DNA of 64,000 bases, from assembly GCA_964106645.2 (NCBI GenBank), contig OZ067038.1; one strand, written 5' to 3'. The stretch comes from Podarcis pityusensis (lineage: Eukaryota). The translations under genes and the position numbers were made by a program. Shown here piece by piece: positions 1 through 13,305 of the stretch. The notes below the pieces were generated by a model. That model was given only the letters and a program-made list of their open reading frames with translations, searched no databases and was not told the origin of the DNA. Position 1 is the first letter of the stretch. Each line of letters begins with the position of its first letter.

Positions 1-719
1 CTATGTCTGCACTTTGCTTGCCCTGTGCCTAGAAAGCACAGTTCCAAGGTTTTCTGCTTGTCCCATGCTTTCTACACGCAGGTCTAAGCAGCTTTTTGTT
101 TGCCCCCCCACTTTCCCCAGGAAAACCCACTCTAACAATGAATCAGAGCAAATGTCAATCCACAAAAAATCCAACTTACATATGCTCCAATTCAGTGATA
201 AAGAGCGGGTTTTCACGGGGAAAAGAGGTGGGGAAAGTGGAAGTGTGGGTGAGCCCTAGGGCTCAAATGCTTCATAAGGGGATACAGATCCAGGACAATA
301 TGGGACATTGTTGTTTCTCCCAGGCATTCCATCCTGCCCATCTGTATCTGAGCCTGAAAGACCAAGGTAAAGCAAGATTAAGCTGAGAACAAGTTGTAAG
401 CAAGCACAACCTGTGATACGGCACAGCAAGAACAGACAGTTTTAACCCAAACCGGGGGTGGGAGGGAGAGAGAATCATTAAATACACATGACTGATATAA
501 GACTGATATAAGACTGTTTCTTATGCATATCTCATGTCAGATCAGTGGCCCATCTTGTCCGAGACTGTCTAGTTCAACTGGCAGTGGCTGTTTAGAGCCC
601 TGTTTCCAATTAAAAAGGATCTCGGGTGATGCCAGGAATTGAGCATGAAACCTTATGCAAGCAAAGCTCCATTAATGAACTATACCCAAGATACATGAGA
701 TGAGGAGAATATTATTGTA

Positions 720-835
720 GAGCGGGAAAGGGCACCAGGGTCATCTAGTCAACCCCGCTATGCAGGAATCTCAACTAAAGCATCTGTGAAAGACAGTCGT
801 CCAACCTCTGCTTAAAAACCTCCAAAGAAGGAGAG
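720..835 (-). mobile_element. CR1 LINE 3'-end fragment
   Basis: GGGTCATCTAGTCAACCCC...CCAACCTCTGCTTAAAAACCTCCAAAGAAGGAGAG matches the 3' end of the CR1 copies at 11063 and 29087. Confidence 0.75.
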
Positions 836-1616
836 ATGGAAAAGATGCTCGAATCCCTAAACAAGCCTCATATGTAAAAGTTAAAAGCACTTTCCCAGCA
901 ACAAAAACTCTCGTCTTCTGGCTGCTATTTCCTTTTCCCAAGACGAGACTCGGGGCTCCAAAGGCAGAGATCAGGCAAGGAAACCCTCGGCTCTCTCAGA
1001 CACGCGCACGTACTTCAGGCGTCCAGAGCGGGCGGCGACCCGCCGACAGGCCCGGGAAGCTCTGGCAGCGCAATTGCCCTCTTGGCCGCCCCAGCCGAGC
1101 ACGGCCAGACCGGGAACACCTTGCGGACGGGCCTGCCTGGCCGCGAGCGCGGCGGGACCGGCCGCCCTTCGCCTCCCCGTCCCTCCGCGGCCTCGGCCGG
1201 GATTGCCGGGAGGGAGGGAGGGAGGGCGGACGCCGCCCAGCCTCGCCCCATGGGCGTCTCCGCGCCGCAGCCGCCGCATCTCTCGCGCCCGTCCCCCGTT
1301 ACAGACTCACCCTGGGGCGCCTCGGAGGGCGGAGGGGCGAGGCGGGCGCGGCTCCTGGACCACTCGCCCTCGCCGCCAGCAGAGATCAATGAAGGGGCTC
1401 CGGCGGCCCAAGGGCGGCTCCCTCCCCTCCGCGCCCAGGGAGAGCGCGCCGGGGCGGCACGGGGGGGGGGCAAGGCCGGCGCAGGTGTCGATCAAGGACC
1501 CCAAGGCCCGCCCCCCCCTCAGCCCAACGTGGGGGGCAGCGGAGACGGCGGCTCAAAAGCGCCCGCCAAGGCAGCAGGCGGGGCCCTGATTGGCGCTCCC
1601 AGGCGTCAGTCACCCC

Positions 1617-1617
1617 A

Positions 1618-1653
<36 letters not shown>
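1617..1653. repeat. (CA)n microsatellite
   Basis: Visible directly in sequence. Confidence 0.95.
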
Positions 1654-1655
<2 letters not shown>

Positions 1656-1957
1656 CGTCCATTCACCCCCCCCCGCAGGCCGCCCCCCCCGCCCGCGGCC
1701 CGTGAAATGGGGGGAGCGAAAAAGGCGCCTTTGGAAGGCAGCGGGCGAAAGCTGCTCATCTCTTTAAAGGGGGGGGCAGCGCATCCTCGCCGCCCGACCT
1801 GAACAACACAACTACTGAGGGGAAGAAGAACAATCACAATAACCATCCTCATCCATCCCCCCCCCCGAGAAGAACTGCCCCCCCGCCGCCGCCGCCAGGG
1901 AGGGAGGGAGGGAGGGAGGAGGGTCGGCGGGGAAGTCGCGCCGCCGCTTACACTGAC

Positions 1958-2160
1958 CTGCGTGCGAAGACGGGAGGCTGAGGGGCGAGGGGGGCGGCGG
2001 CGAGGGACCCTCACAGCGGCAGCCGGCGGCGGCGGCGGGGAGGAGGAGGCAGGAGGGACACGCGCCCGACGGGCCCTTTGGCGCTGGCACAGCGGTGCGC
2101 GCGCCGCCAACGGAATCAGCCCGTGACGGCACCCGCCATCTTGGAGTTTTCGGATGGAAA
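1958..2160 (-). other. Putative non-coding first exon (5'UTR) of the left-hand gene
   Basis: On - strand ...CTTCGCACGCAG|GTCAGT donor at 1958/1957, downstream of the YY1 element. The ATG in the YY1 motif opens only a 6-codon uORF. TSS position is approximate. Confidence 0.45.
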
Positions 2161-2186
2161 ATCACGTGGTCAAAAATCCGCTTCAG

Positions 2187-2226
2187 ATATATATATATAT
2201 ATTTATATATATATATATATATATAT
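2187..2226. repeat. (TA)n microsatellite inside the core promoter
   Basis: Visible directly in sequence; one internal TTT interruption. Confidence 0.95.
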
Positions 2227-2852
2227 GTATTGCTTCCCTAAGCCAATCAGGCAGCGGCGCTATTAATAGCCCCGTTTCCCTTTTTCTTCCTCTCCCCCTC
2301 CCTGCAAAAAATAAAACATCCCCGCCCCCTCCGCACCGGAAGTGGAGTGGAGGCGAGCTCGGCGGGAGCGGGAGGCGCGTCCCCGAAGCCGCCCAAGACG
2401 GGGCTCCGCATCTCGGCGGGCGGGCGGGCGGGGGGGACCGACGGGCAGCTCCAGGCCTCCCCCCGCCTCGCCCGGGGAATGCGGCCCCTCGCGCTCTCCC
2501 CCCCGCCAGCCCAGGTGAGGGGCCTCCAGTCCCCGCCGCCCGCCTCCCACCTCGGACCCCGCCCAAACGCCCCGCATCTCGCCCAGGGCCCGAGCGAACT
2601 CGCAGCTCTGGTACAAAAGCAGCATAAATGTGCACGTATGTATTGGGAGGACAGAGACCTACGTTTGTTTCCTACTCAGCAAATGCATTGAGGAGGCTAT
2701 ATAAATTATTATTCTCACGTATCACTGGAGATAGAACCCATCTGGGTTTTCCATCTAAGGTACAAAATGCCTTCGGACAAGCCCAGAAGTAATTAGATTG
2801 CAACCCCTCTGTCACTTCAGCTCAGGAGTAAGGGACATTTTCCTGGACTGTG

Positions 2853-3085
2853 CAGTGATACCTCAGTTTATGAACGTAATCCATTCCTGAAGTCCGTTCT
2901 TAAACCAAAACCATTCTGAAACCGAGGTGCGCTTTCCCTAATGAGGCCTCCCGCAGGCAGTGCCCTTCCACCATTCGGATTCCATTGTTAGACCAAGGTA
3001 AAGCCAAGACACTATTTCCAGTTTTGCGGAGTTTGTAAACCAAATCGTTTTTAAACCAGATTGTTCTTAAACCGAAGTACCACTG
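2853..3085. mobile_element. Tigger/pogo-type MITE
   Basis: Termini CAGTGATACCTC...GAAGTACCACTG followed by TA; related to the 17594-17810 copy. Confidence 0.8.
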
Positions 3086-3087
3086 TA

Positions 3088-3328
3088 CAGTCATACTTCG
3101 GGATAGATACGCTTCAGGGTAAGTATTTTCGGGTTGCACTCCGCGGCGACCCAGAAGTAACAGAGCGTGTTACTTCCGGGTTTCCCCGCTCACGCATTCG
3201 CAGACAGTCAAAATGACATCATGCGCGGAAGCGGCGAAACACGCAGACATGCAGTCGCATCTTACATTCTGTTCAGGATGCGAACGCGGCTCTGGAACTG
3301 ATCCCGTTCGCATCTCAAGGTACCACTG
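3088..3328. mobile_element. Second Tigger/pogo-type MITE abutting the first
   Basis: TA|CAGTCATACTTCG...CAAGGTACCACTG|TA; shares the TA at 3086-3087 with the preceding MITE. Confidence 0.75.
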
Positions 3329-3364
3329 TATAATATACAGTCATTGGAATCTGTCCATAAGCAC

Positions 3365-3618
3365 CTGTTGCTTTGTCTCAGCTTCTGCCAACCTAGCAGT
3401 TCAAAAGCATAGCAGTGCAAGTAAATAAATAGGTACCACTGTGGTAGGAAGGTAAACAGCATTTCTGTGTTTAGAAGTGGTTTACTCTGGTGGCCACATG
3501 ACCCAGAAAAGCTGTCTGCAGACAAACACCGGCTCCCTTTAACTGAAGCGAGATGAGCACCGCACCCCATAGTCAAATTCAACTGGACTTAACTGTCCAG
3601 GGGTCTTACCTTTACCTA
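3365..3618 (+). mobile_element. Sauria SINE (5'-truncated)
   Basis: Core CTGCCAACCTAGCAGTTCAAAAGC...GTGCAAGTAAATAAATAGGTACC and TTTACCT tail. Confidence 0.85.
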
Positions 3619-3619
3619 C

Positions 3620-4925
3620 CAATGGGGGGGGGAAGTACACCCTCTTTGAATTCTGTGGTTTTACATATTAGAACATAATAAAAATCATGTGTTCCTTAGG
3701 TTTTAAAATTAGGTAAATATAACCACAGATGAACAACAACACAGGACATATTACACTGTGTCAAGATTTATTTAACAAAAATAAAACCAAAATGGAGAAG
3801 CCATGTGTGAAAAACTAAGTACACCTTACGATTCAATAGAACCACCTTTAGCAGCAATAACTAGAAGTAATTGTTTTCTGATGACTTTATCAGTCTCTCC
3901 CATTGTGGTGGAGGATTTTTGGCCCACTCTTCTTTACACCATTGCTTCAGTTTGTTGGGTTTGCTGGCATTTGTTTATGCACGGCTCTCTGGTCTGGATT
4001 TTGACTGGATCATTGCAACACCTTGATTCTTTTCTTTTTCAGCCATTCTGTTGTCGATTTGCTGATGTACTTGGGACCATTGTCCTATTGCATGACCCAA
4101 TTTCAGCCAAGCTTCAGCTTTTGGGCAGATGGCCTCGAGTTTGACCCTAGAATACTTCTCTGTACAGAGGAGTTCATAGTCGGACTCAATGACTCCAAGG
4201 TTCCCAGGTCCTGTGGCTGCTGAACAAGCCCAATTCATCACCGCTTCGCCACCCTGCTTGACAGTTGGTACGAGGTGTTTGTGCTGATATGCTGTGCTTG
4301 GTTTTGGCCAAATGTGGTGCTGTGCATTTTGGCCAAACAACTCCACTTTGGTCTTGTCTGTCCAAAGGACATTGTTCCAGAAGTCTTGTAGTTTGTTCAG
4401 ATGCAACTTTGTAAACTCTGCTGCCATGTTCTTGTTAGAGAGAAGAGACTTTCTCCTGACAGCCCTTCCAAACAACCAACTGTATACTGGTTCAGTCTTT
4501 TTCTAGTTGTACTGTCATGAGCTGTAAGACTGATGCTAAATGAGGCCTGTAGATCCTGTGATGGAACTCTTGGGTTTCTTGCAATTCTTCTGAAAATTGC
4601 ACTGTCTGACCTTGGGGTGAATTTGCTGGGACGTCCACTCCTGGGAAGATTGGGAACTGTCTTGAATGTTTTCCGCTTTTGAATAATCTTTCTTACTGTA
4701 GAATAATGCACGTTAAATTGGGTAGAGATGGTCTTATAACCCTTCCCAGTTTCATGGGCAGCAACAATTGCTTCTCTAAGAGCATTGCTGAAGTCTTTCC
4801 TCCTTGGCATTGTGTTAAAACACATCTGAATGCGCCATCAAACTGCTAAAAATTTGACTTTTGTAGAGATAGTCACAATTGCTGATGATCAATTAACCAA
4901 CACCTGTCTGCTACTTAGCCTCATA
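3620..4925 (-). mobile_element. Tc1-like (Sleeping Beauty-type IR/DR) DNA transposon, degenerate
   Basis: Transposase from ATG 4810: MPRRKDFSNALREAIVAAHETGKGYKTIS...LPRSGRPSKFTPR (paired-like HTH, GRPS linker), frameshifted into VLWTDKTKVELFG...PTVKQGG..NWACSAATGPG. The left TIR has a repeated AAGTACACC motif (~3633 and ~3817). No right TIR seen. Confidence 0.9.
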
Positions 4926-5422
4926 ATGATCCTTGTTTTATTTATTTTCTCATAAATAGATCACAATTTACATTTATAGCACTCCATATAACAGTGTGAC
5001 TTGCCGTCAAACCACCTTGGAGTTCAGTGTCAAACAGTTTTCAGTTCATCACCTAAGCCATATGTTAGCAACTGGACCACATAATAGCATAAATTCCTTC
5101 CAGCATTATTTACTGTTTTTCCTTGCAAGAGTGCACCCAAACCTTTAACAGGTTTCATTTGGGAATCTGTTGTATCTATTTGAAGATTGCATTCAGTTAC
5201 TCAACACTTCCTTATTTGATCTGTAAGCCAGTGCACTATTGTGATCAAAATGATTACTTCGTAAGTAGTCCTGACATGTTAGAACCTTGTTAAAAAGAAA
5301 GATGATGAATGTTCATATTCAACTGATGAAGTAGGAGATGCATTTTAATTCATTAAATGTATAATAATTTCAAAAAAGTTATTTAAATACTAAATGCAAA
5401 GTGCCAAAAGCCTTTCACATAC

Positions 5423-6875
5423 AGGTCATTCCATATCAAGTGATCCTACTTTTTTACCCCATGTCATCCTACTTTCTTAACATTTTGTATATTTGTTGAA
5501 TGATCAAAACTAAGTTTAAATCTAAAATTTTACAGTTACAACAAAATACTGTACATAGCAAACAAAATTATGACACCACTGGAACTCTTTAACTGGTGCC
5601 AAGATAACACTCCTTCTACCGGGTTGTCATTTTCAACAAATGAGGAGTGCAGAAAAGAACATTCCTAAAACAACTCTTTGAAACAGTGAAATCAATCAAG
5701 GGAATACAAGGATTTCATTGCTTTGTTCCATCTACATCCAGTCCAACAGAAATTGTGACCAAAGTGTACTCCTTTAGCAATGAGACTGAGAAGTTCGACA
5801 CTGAAGGAGGTACAAAATCTCTGGATATGGCTGAGATAACTAGGTATGTAACCTGTGAATACAATAAAAAATGGTGGTTGACCTGTGTGCCGTCGGTGGA
5901 CTATGAAAGTGAAGACGTAACTCTGCCCTTCTGACACTTGCCGGGCTCAGTGTCATAATTTGCTTACACATCTAGTTGGGATGTTCTTAAGGTAAGGCGA
6001 GCAGAAGTTCTAACACCGGTCAAACCAAGGACTGCAACTGGCCACACTTACACTTTGACAAAAAATGAAACATCATGTGCAACAAATTCTATTGACAAGT
6101 GTTTGGTATAAAGTATAATTAATGGAAGAATAAATGTTTTAGACCCGTTTGATGTGTAAGGTTTTTTCCATAATTTTGTTTGATATGTATTTTGTTGTAA
6201 TGTTCATGAAATGAAGTACTAACAGGGATGCTTTCAAAGCGTCAATTCTATCATGCAACAGCAAGTTACCACTGTGCTGTGGAACACATTTTAAAAAGAA
6301 AAGCCTCACTAGCTTTTCAGATACTGTTTAATTGAATAACTTTTTGAAGAAATGCCTGAAGTAACTGATATTATACTTTGAAGTCTTGTTTATTCTGTTA
6401 TACTTTACCCAAAGGAAGACTCATTTATCCTAAATAGAACCCAATAAGCCCAACATGTATGTACAAAATATGTTTTTAATGTTATCCCTTTGAGATACCA
6501 AGAAGTATACCTTAGAAGTATGAAACAATACAATTTGGAGAAAATTTTTAATCGTTTTTAAAAATAACTTTAAAAAATTAAATTATGTAACTTTAAATTT
6601 TAAAGTGGGCCCATCATATGACATTTGAAGAGATTGGTTTTTTATTTTTGAAATATCTCAATTCTGGGCTGAGCTTTTAAGGTTTTTGTGTAGTCTGGCA
6701 ATGTCCCCCCAAAAATGAAATTTGAAACCCTCATAACTCAAAAACAGGATGAGATAAAAAAATTAAAATTTTAGATTTAGACTTAGTCTTGATCATTCAA
6801 CAAGTGTACAAAGTATTTAGAAAACTGGATGACATGAGGGGGGAAAAAATTGGATCACTTGATAGGGAATGACCC
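5423..6875 (+). mobile_element. Internally deleted DNA transposon with ~110-bp TIRs and 4-bp TSD, tentatively Sola2-like
   Basis: AGGTCATTCCATATCAAGTGATCC...AATCTAAAATTTT (5423-5531) is the inverse of ...AAAATTTTAGATTTAG...GGATCACTTGATAGGGAATGACCC (~6766-6875). ATAC flanks both ends. Transposase C-terminal remnant FETVKSIKGIQGFHCFVP...YVTCEYNKKWWLTCV at 5647-5934. Confidence 0.65.
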
Positions 6876-8499
6876 ATACATTACCTGCGAGTCACACTTA
6901 AAATGACCCTGCAAGGCAGGCAAGTATGCTACAAAAGGTGGCTGAAGTTGAGGGATAGTGGTTGCATCAAGCCATGCAATAATTGATGAAATTTAACAAG
7001 AACCAGAGACTTCCATCTCATACCTCTTGATCTTAGCCATTAGAGCTGGAATCTTATGTACGCATAATTAGGAGTAAACCTCATTGAATTCAGTGGGACT
7101 AATGCTACTAAGTGCGCATGCAGATGGCTTTTCCCTCTAGCCCAGCAACAAGTGGCCAACAAGATGCCTGCAGGAGACCCCCAAGCAGAGCCAGAGTGAA
7201 ATAGAACTCCCCTGATTGTTGTTCCCAAGATACTGATATTCAGAGGCTGGGGTGACACGGTCTGAAGCTTGTACTATGAGAGGCTAGGGAGGCAAGCAAA
7301 CCAGCCAAAACAATTCCTCTTTCTTGTTAACTTCAGCACTGCCACCAGGAAGATATCTTTATTTTTCTCTGGCTGCTTCCTCTAAGTACTCGTTTAACCT
7401 TCAGGACTTTAATTAGTCCAGTCAACCTACTCCCAACACTTGGTACAGTGTTATGGCACTTAGACATGGCGCAAATAACAGGGTCTCAGACCAGTTTTTC
7501 CCGAAACCAGTTATGCTTTTACTTAGAATTTGGTATGGTAACAAGTTATTTAAAAATGAGAAATTGTTCTTAGAAAAAAGGTGATTTTTCGGTTTGTGTA
7601 CTTACCCATTATAGAAAATAAAACATAATTAGAAACTAATCACATTCCTTTACCTATTCTAGATAACCAAGCCAGTATTTTAATTGCATCACTCAGTTTA
7701 GTTTCTGAATCTCTCCAGCATCCTGAAAGTCCTATTCCTATACTTCCTCTGATCTTGCAGGTAGCATACAGCCATCATGACTGATAGGTGTCATGCCACT
7801 TTGCTTCTGCTTTGTGGTTCTCTGACATCACCCTCAGATCTACCTCAACTTCACTGGACCACCTTCTCCCTAAGGTGTACAGCCCTCACCGGGGTTCCTG
7901 CTAGGTATCTAGGATCTCTTGATTTTTGCTGCCACCACAGACACAAACTATCTGATTCCACCTTTAGTGAGGCCAGTCAAGAAACACGTGTATAATAAAA
8001 CAACTTTATTGATAACAGAACTAATAAAAGTAATCAAATATTAATTCAGCACACAGAAGCATATGGTTTTAGTTATGTAGTTAGAATTTATGTATTTAGT
8101 TAGGGTTACAAGTTATTCTGATTCATATAAACACTCCTACCTATTCTACCTTTCCAAAAATACCTAAGCTAAATCCTCCCTCACCATTTATCCCAAAACT
8201 ATTACCAGTAACAACACTGACCCTATTCCATCTCACTAGCCCAATATACTCTCAACCACGTTCAGTCCCAACTAGTATTCAGACTGCCCCTCAAAATTCC
8301 TATCTCGTCACCACTCACTTCCAATGTTCCAAGCACGCTCCCTCCCTCTCCCAGCCAACACTTAGCCTAATTCATCTAATCTAATTACCTCCACATTTAA
8401 CACTACACACTATCAGAACATCACAGCAGCCATTGCTGCTTGCCTCATCTTTCATAAATTGGTCCGATTTCCTTTTAAAACAAACTGATGGCCATCACT

Positions 8500-9010
8500 A
8501 CTGTCTTGTACAGTATAGCAAATTCCATAGTTGTAAAGTACTTTGCCCTCTGACTCTTCCATTTTCAACTTCATTGGAACACCCCAGGTTTTAATATTAT
8601 GAAAGAGTAAGGAAAAAAATCTCTAACCACCTTCTCCACACCATCTATAAATTCATACCCTATCACAGCTGCTACATCAGCATTTTCATTGAGTTACCCA
8701 TCTTGACCCCACAATTTTTACCACCCTGAATGATGTGGTGTCATTACAAACATTGCAACTTCACTGCTCATCTCTAAACTTCAGATTATTCACGTTAAAA
8801 GGTACAGGTCCCAATACAGATCCCTGCAGGACCTCACTTCATACATCTATCCATTGTGAGTATGGTCCATTTATTCCTTTTTCTGCATCCTTTTCTTTAA
8901 CCAGTTACAGATCCATAAGAGAATCTGCCATCTTATCTAATGACTGTTAAGTTACTCAGAAACTCTTGATAAGAAACTTTATTAAAACCTTTTTGAAACT
9001 GTAGGTACAA
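8500..9010 (-). mobile_element. Old degraded CR1-like RT fragment
   Basis: GGTCCCAATACAGATCCCTGCAGGACCTCACTT resembles the reverse of the CR1 '[10 protein letters not shown]' region. Confidence 0.5.
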
Positions 9011-11062
9011 AATTAATACTCCAGGGATGGGAACACAAACTTTTAAAATAAAGGAAAAGTTGCGTCTGGTTGCATGCATTATTTATCCCTCCCCAAATCA
9101 ATTTAACTTTTCATTATCCAAAACAGTTTTTAATCTAAATTAAAAGAACAAAGTATTTCAATCAACAGACTGAAAAAGATTGTTTCATTTGAGCCATGAC
9201 ACATTACAGCCCAACACCATGAAAAATCTTGCAGCAGTGGTCTGGTGGAGAGAAGGAAAATGGGGTACCAGCAGAACTGGAAGACATTGACTCAGACTTT
9301 GGGGAGGGGGAGAAGTCTGCTTCAGTGCCATCAGACACATTGGGTGCCACATGACAGCTGCCTCATGATGCCTGGGGCACCTCCCACCCCCAAAAAACCT
9401 CCTCCCATCAAGGAGGTGCCAGCGGGCAGATCAGACACAAAGCCTCCAGCTCCATGGACTCCAGCTCCATCGCCAAGGACACAAAGATGGCTGCACCTGC
9501 ATGAACAAACTCAGCAAACCCAGACAGTTCAAAGGAGTGCCACTTACTTGCCCAGTCCTGTTTCTTGGAGCGCCAACCATATTAATGCCAGTATCCATTC
9601 TGCTCTTCAAAATGAGAGTCTGGGGGACATGGCCCAGTTTGTGCTTAGTCAGATATTTTAACCTCTGCTGCAAATGCTAACCAGTGTGCTTTGTAACCTG
9701 ACTTACATCCCATAGTGATCTATGCATTAAAGCTATCAGCAAAACCTGAGTTGAGAACATGAGTGCTGCATCCACCAGTGAGAGCCAGGGGGCACACAGA
9801 AATGAGGCTCTTGAGAGTGAAAAGGGTTAGTGAGACAGGACTTGTCTGCAGAAGCCATGCTGATTTTTTCCAGCAGGACATATTCTTCCCATCAGTTTTC
9901 CCAGAGCAGATTCTCTAACTGGCCTGTAATTTTCTCAATTCACGCACCTGATCCAGTTTTTTAAAAAGAGTATTATGTTAACCTCTTCCCAGTTCTAATC
10001 TTTTTGCCATACTGCCCAGAACTTTGTTTCTTGTCCCTCTTATTTGTCTCATTTCTTCAGATTCTGTTTCTGATAATGTCACTCCAGGTACCAGTATCTA
10101 TGCTCCATCTCCCGCAGTAAAAACAAACGGAAATGATTAAATCAGCTTCCTCACAATCACCGTTGCTTCCTTCAGCACACCTTTAACTCCACTGCTGTCC
10201 AAAGAACCAACCACTTCTCTAGCTGCTTATGATGTATTTAAGCACTTTTTAAATTGTTGGTATTAATATTTTTAGTGAAATGCATAGCCCATAAATTTAC
10301 ATACTGTCATAGCAATAATTAAACTCACAAACTTTAATTGCTCAGAACTTCACAGCTTTTCTTAACTGATTGTTGGTTATAGTATTCAGATCATTTCCAT
10401 AGCAGTGAAGAGTTCTGAAAATGTTCAAAGAAAGGGACATCTGTTAGAAGGCACTCTTCACAAATTTTGCAGTGCTACCAAATCATTACTTCTTTCTTTG
10501 ACTGATAGTCTGGCTCTAGTCAGATCTAACAGAGCTAAATCTCCTCTGTACTGTCCATTATATATTACTAAATCACTAGTTAGATGATTCTAACAAATTC
10601 TAAACAACTTTAGAATTTCTCTTAAATGTACTGTTTTCGCTTTTTTTAAACAGCACATAATAATCTCCTCTAGTTTATTTTCTGAATTTTGAGGCAATGG
10701 TTGGCAATACATCCCTATGCTTGGTTTGCATAGACAAATTGGCTTACTTTGCCTTCAGTAGTTATACCAGGATGTCAAATGGAGGATTTCTACAAACAAT
10801 ATGCTGGTACCTTACATTTCACAATGCGCAGATCATAGCAGTACATAAAATTAATTAATTAATTAATTAATTAGCCACCCTTAGGCAAAGAGGCTTTCTG
10901 AGTCACTTACAAAAATCAGTACTAAGGGAGTCCCTGTCCTAAGGCTCATAATCTAAAACAGGAGTGAGGAACAGGTCTTCACTGGCTATTTATAGTGGGT
11001 CCCACTACATGATGACTACAAAGCTTAGTAATTTGTTATTTAGTACAATTCATGCAATTCAA

Positions 11063-11803
11063 GATAACAAAATGAATTCCAATAGGGATAAATTTAAGGT
11101 TCTCCACTTAGGCAGGAGGAACCAGACGCACAAATATAGGGTGGGGGACACCTGGCTTACTAGCAGTACGTGTGAAAAGGATCTAGGGCTCCTGGTGGAC
11201 CACAAGCTTAACATGAGTCAACAGTGTGATGCAGAAGCAAAAAAAGCTAATGCTATTCTAGGCTGCATCAACAGAAGTCTAGTGTCCAGATCAAGGGAAG
11301 TAATAGTCCCACTCTCTTCTGCCTTGGTCAGACCACACCTGGAATACTGGGTCCAATTCTGGGCACCACAATTTAAGAAGGATGTTAACAAGCTGGAACA
11401 TGTGGAGAGGAGGGCAACCAAGATGATCAAGGTCTGGAAACTAAGCCTTATGAGGATCGGTTGAAGGAGCTGGGTATATTTAGCCTGGAAAAGAAGGGCT
11501 GTCACATGGAAGGTGGAGCCAGCTTGTTTTCTCCTGCTCTGAATGGTAGGACTCGAACCAATGGCTCCAAGTTACAAGAAAGGAGATTCCGACTAGACAT
11601 GCGAAAATACTTTCCGACAATAAGAGCTGTTTGACAGTGGAACAGTCTCCCTCGGGAGGTTGTGGACTCTCCTTCCTTGGAGGTTTTAAAGCAGAGGTTG
11701 GATGGCCATCTATCATGGATTCTTTAGCTGAGATTCCTGCATTGTAGGGGGTTGGACTAGATGACCCTTGGGTCCCTTCCAACTCTAAAATTCTATGATT
11801 CTA
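11063..11803 (+). mobile_element. CR1 LINE, 5'-truncated, small internal deletion
   Basis: RT C-terminus NRDKFKVLHLGRRN...[20 protein letters not shown] and an ATTCTATG-type tail. Confidence 0.92.
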
Positions 11804-13305
11804 TCCTCTCTATAAGGCATTCCACTCCCCCCCCCCGCTCCACATTAGGTTTGTATTTCTCTTTATTCTTTGGAATAGTAGTGTTTTAGTGTAATCTACT
11901 TTCTCCCTAAAGCATACCACTATATGTGTTTTTCTTTTCCTGGCTTGACGTCATTTTTGTTGTTTTCTAAATTCCTTAGAATGACTGCTACATTCATGAT
12001 ATGGAAGCTTTTATCTGGCTGGGAGGTGGAGGAGGATTTTTACCCTGTGTGGCTGAAATTAACTTGTCAGAAGTTTCCAACTTTAGAAGCTTTTACAGCT
12101 CAATTGAACCATTATTCAAAACTGAATGAAGAGGCTGTAGACTATAGAAGCTCATGAAAATAAATTTCACAAGAATGCTTGTATCTGAAGTCTTAGCTCT
12201 ATGCCATTAATTTAACAGCCTCTGAAATTTGTATGTTATTTAGAAATCTACAGTCCTGTCATTATATTATTGACTATTGAGTATATGTGTGTTTTTATGT
12301 ATTGCCTTTGAAACGGTCCTAAATTTCCTGTATGTTCACCAGCTGGTTTTGTTGTCTCCCCTGGTATTCTGTGCAGAGTTGGGCTTTGGCTGCAATCCAC
12401 ACCTTGTTTATTCTTCAGTACTCCACCATGGTGTTTTGGGAGAATCTGCTAAAATGAAGGAAGATGACTCCCTTCAGCCAACCAACTTTCACGGCTACTG
12501 GTCAAAATAACCTTCAACCTGAGAAGAATTTTTGGTATCTCCTTAAATGACTCTTTTGGTAATACACCAAAGCAGGGGCACCGGATATATGGGGTGCAAG
12601 GGGCCAACATCCCCCGCCACCGCCACGTGCTCCCCACATGCCGCAGCCCCTGCGTGGGAGCCCAGGAGCCGGGAGGGGGCTGGGATGAGTAAGGACAAAG
12701 ATCGCCCTCCATGGGTCCTGCCCCTGCCCGGCACATGCCATGGGGAGAAGGAGGTCGAGGGTGGAGCCCAGCTCAGTGTGCGAGTGTTGGCATCACGGGG
12801 GCAGGATGCATCCCATGACATCACATGACATGTCACGTGATGCACCCCCATGTGGTGGGCAAGTTGGCATCCCTGCACCAAAGCATGGTAGCAGTACTGC
12901 CAGTAAGCAGAATACTATTTTCATTTCAAGAAGTACTGCCACAATGGTAATTTAAGAATCTGCTAAAAAAGAGGATATTCTGGTTCCACCAAAAGTACAG
13001 TGGCTGCCATCCTAGGCATGCCTACCTGGGAGTAAGCTCTAGGGAACACAGGAAAATTCTTAGCAAACATGCAGGCACTTGGTCTTCCAGTTTCCCACCT
13101 AAGTAAAAGAGCTGACTGCTAAACCCTGAATGAAGAAATCCCTACTTGAATGTATACGTCAAAGGGGGAATTGGCATGATGGCCATTTTTATAGTATTTC
13201 GACACCATTTTTCAACCCAATGGAAGTGACTTGCAATTAAAGTTAAAATGCATGGTTATATGACATCTCCACGTTCTGAAGCCGTTTCCTGCTCATATAG
13301 GAAAG

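Larger units (their letters stand above)
950..2610 (-). promoter_or_regulatory. CpG-island promoter of an unidentified gene, probably transcribed leftwards
   Basis: Very GC/CpG-rich. YY1 motif CCGCCATCTTG 2133-2143 (CAAGATGGCGG on -), E-box CACGTG 2163-2168, CCAAT 2243-2247, ETS CCGGAAGT 2336-2343, several GC boxes. ORFs called here are low-complexity GC artefacts. Confidence 0.8.

Noticed and set aside
971-2691. Many overlapping 100-200 aa ORFs in the left CpG island
   Set aside because: Pro/Arg/Gly/Ala-rich products expected from stop-poor GC-rich DNA; no recognisable domain.
7780-8430. Possible solo LTR
   Set aside because: Composition is suggestive but no convincing TG..CA termini with TSD.
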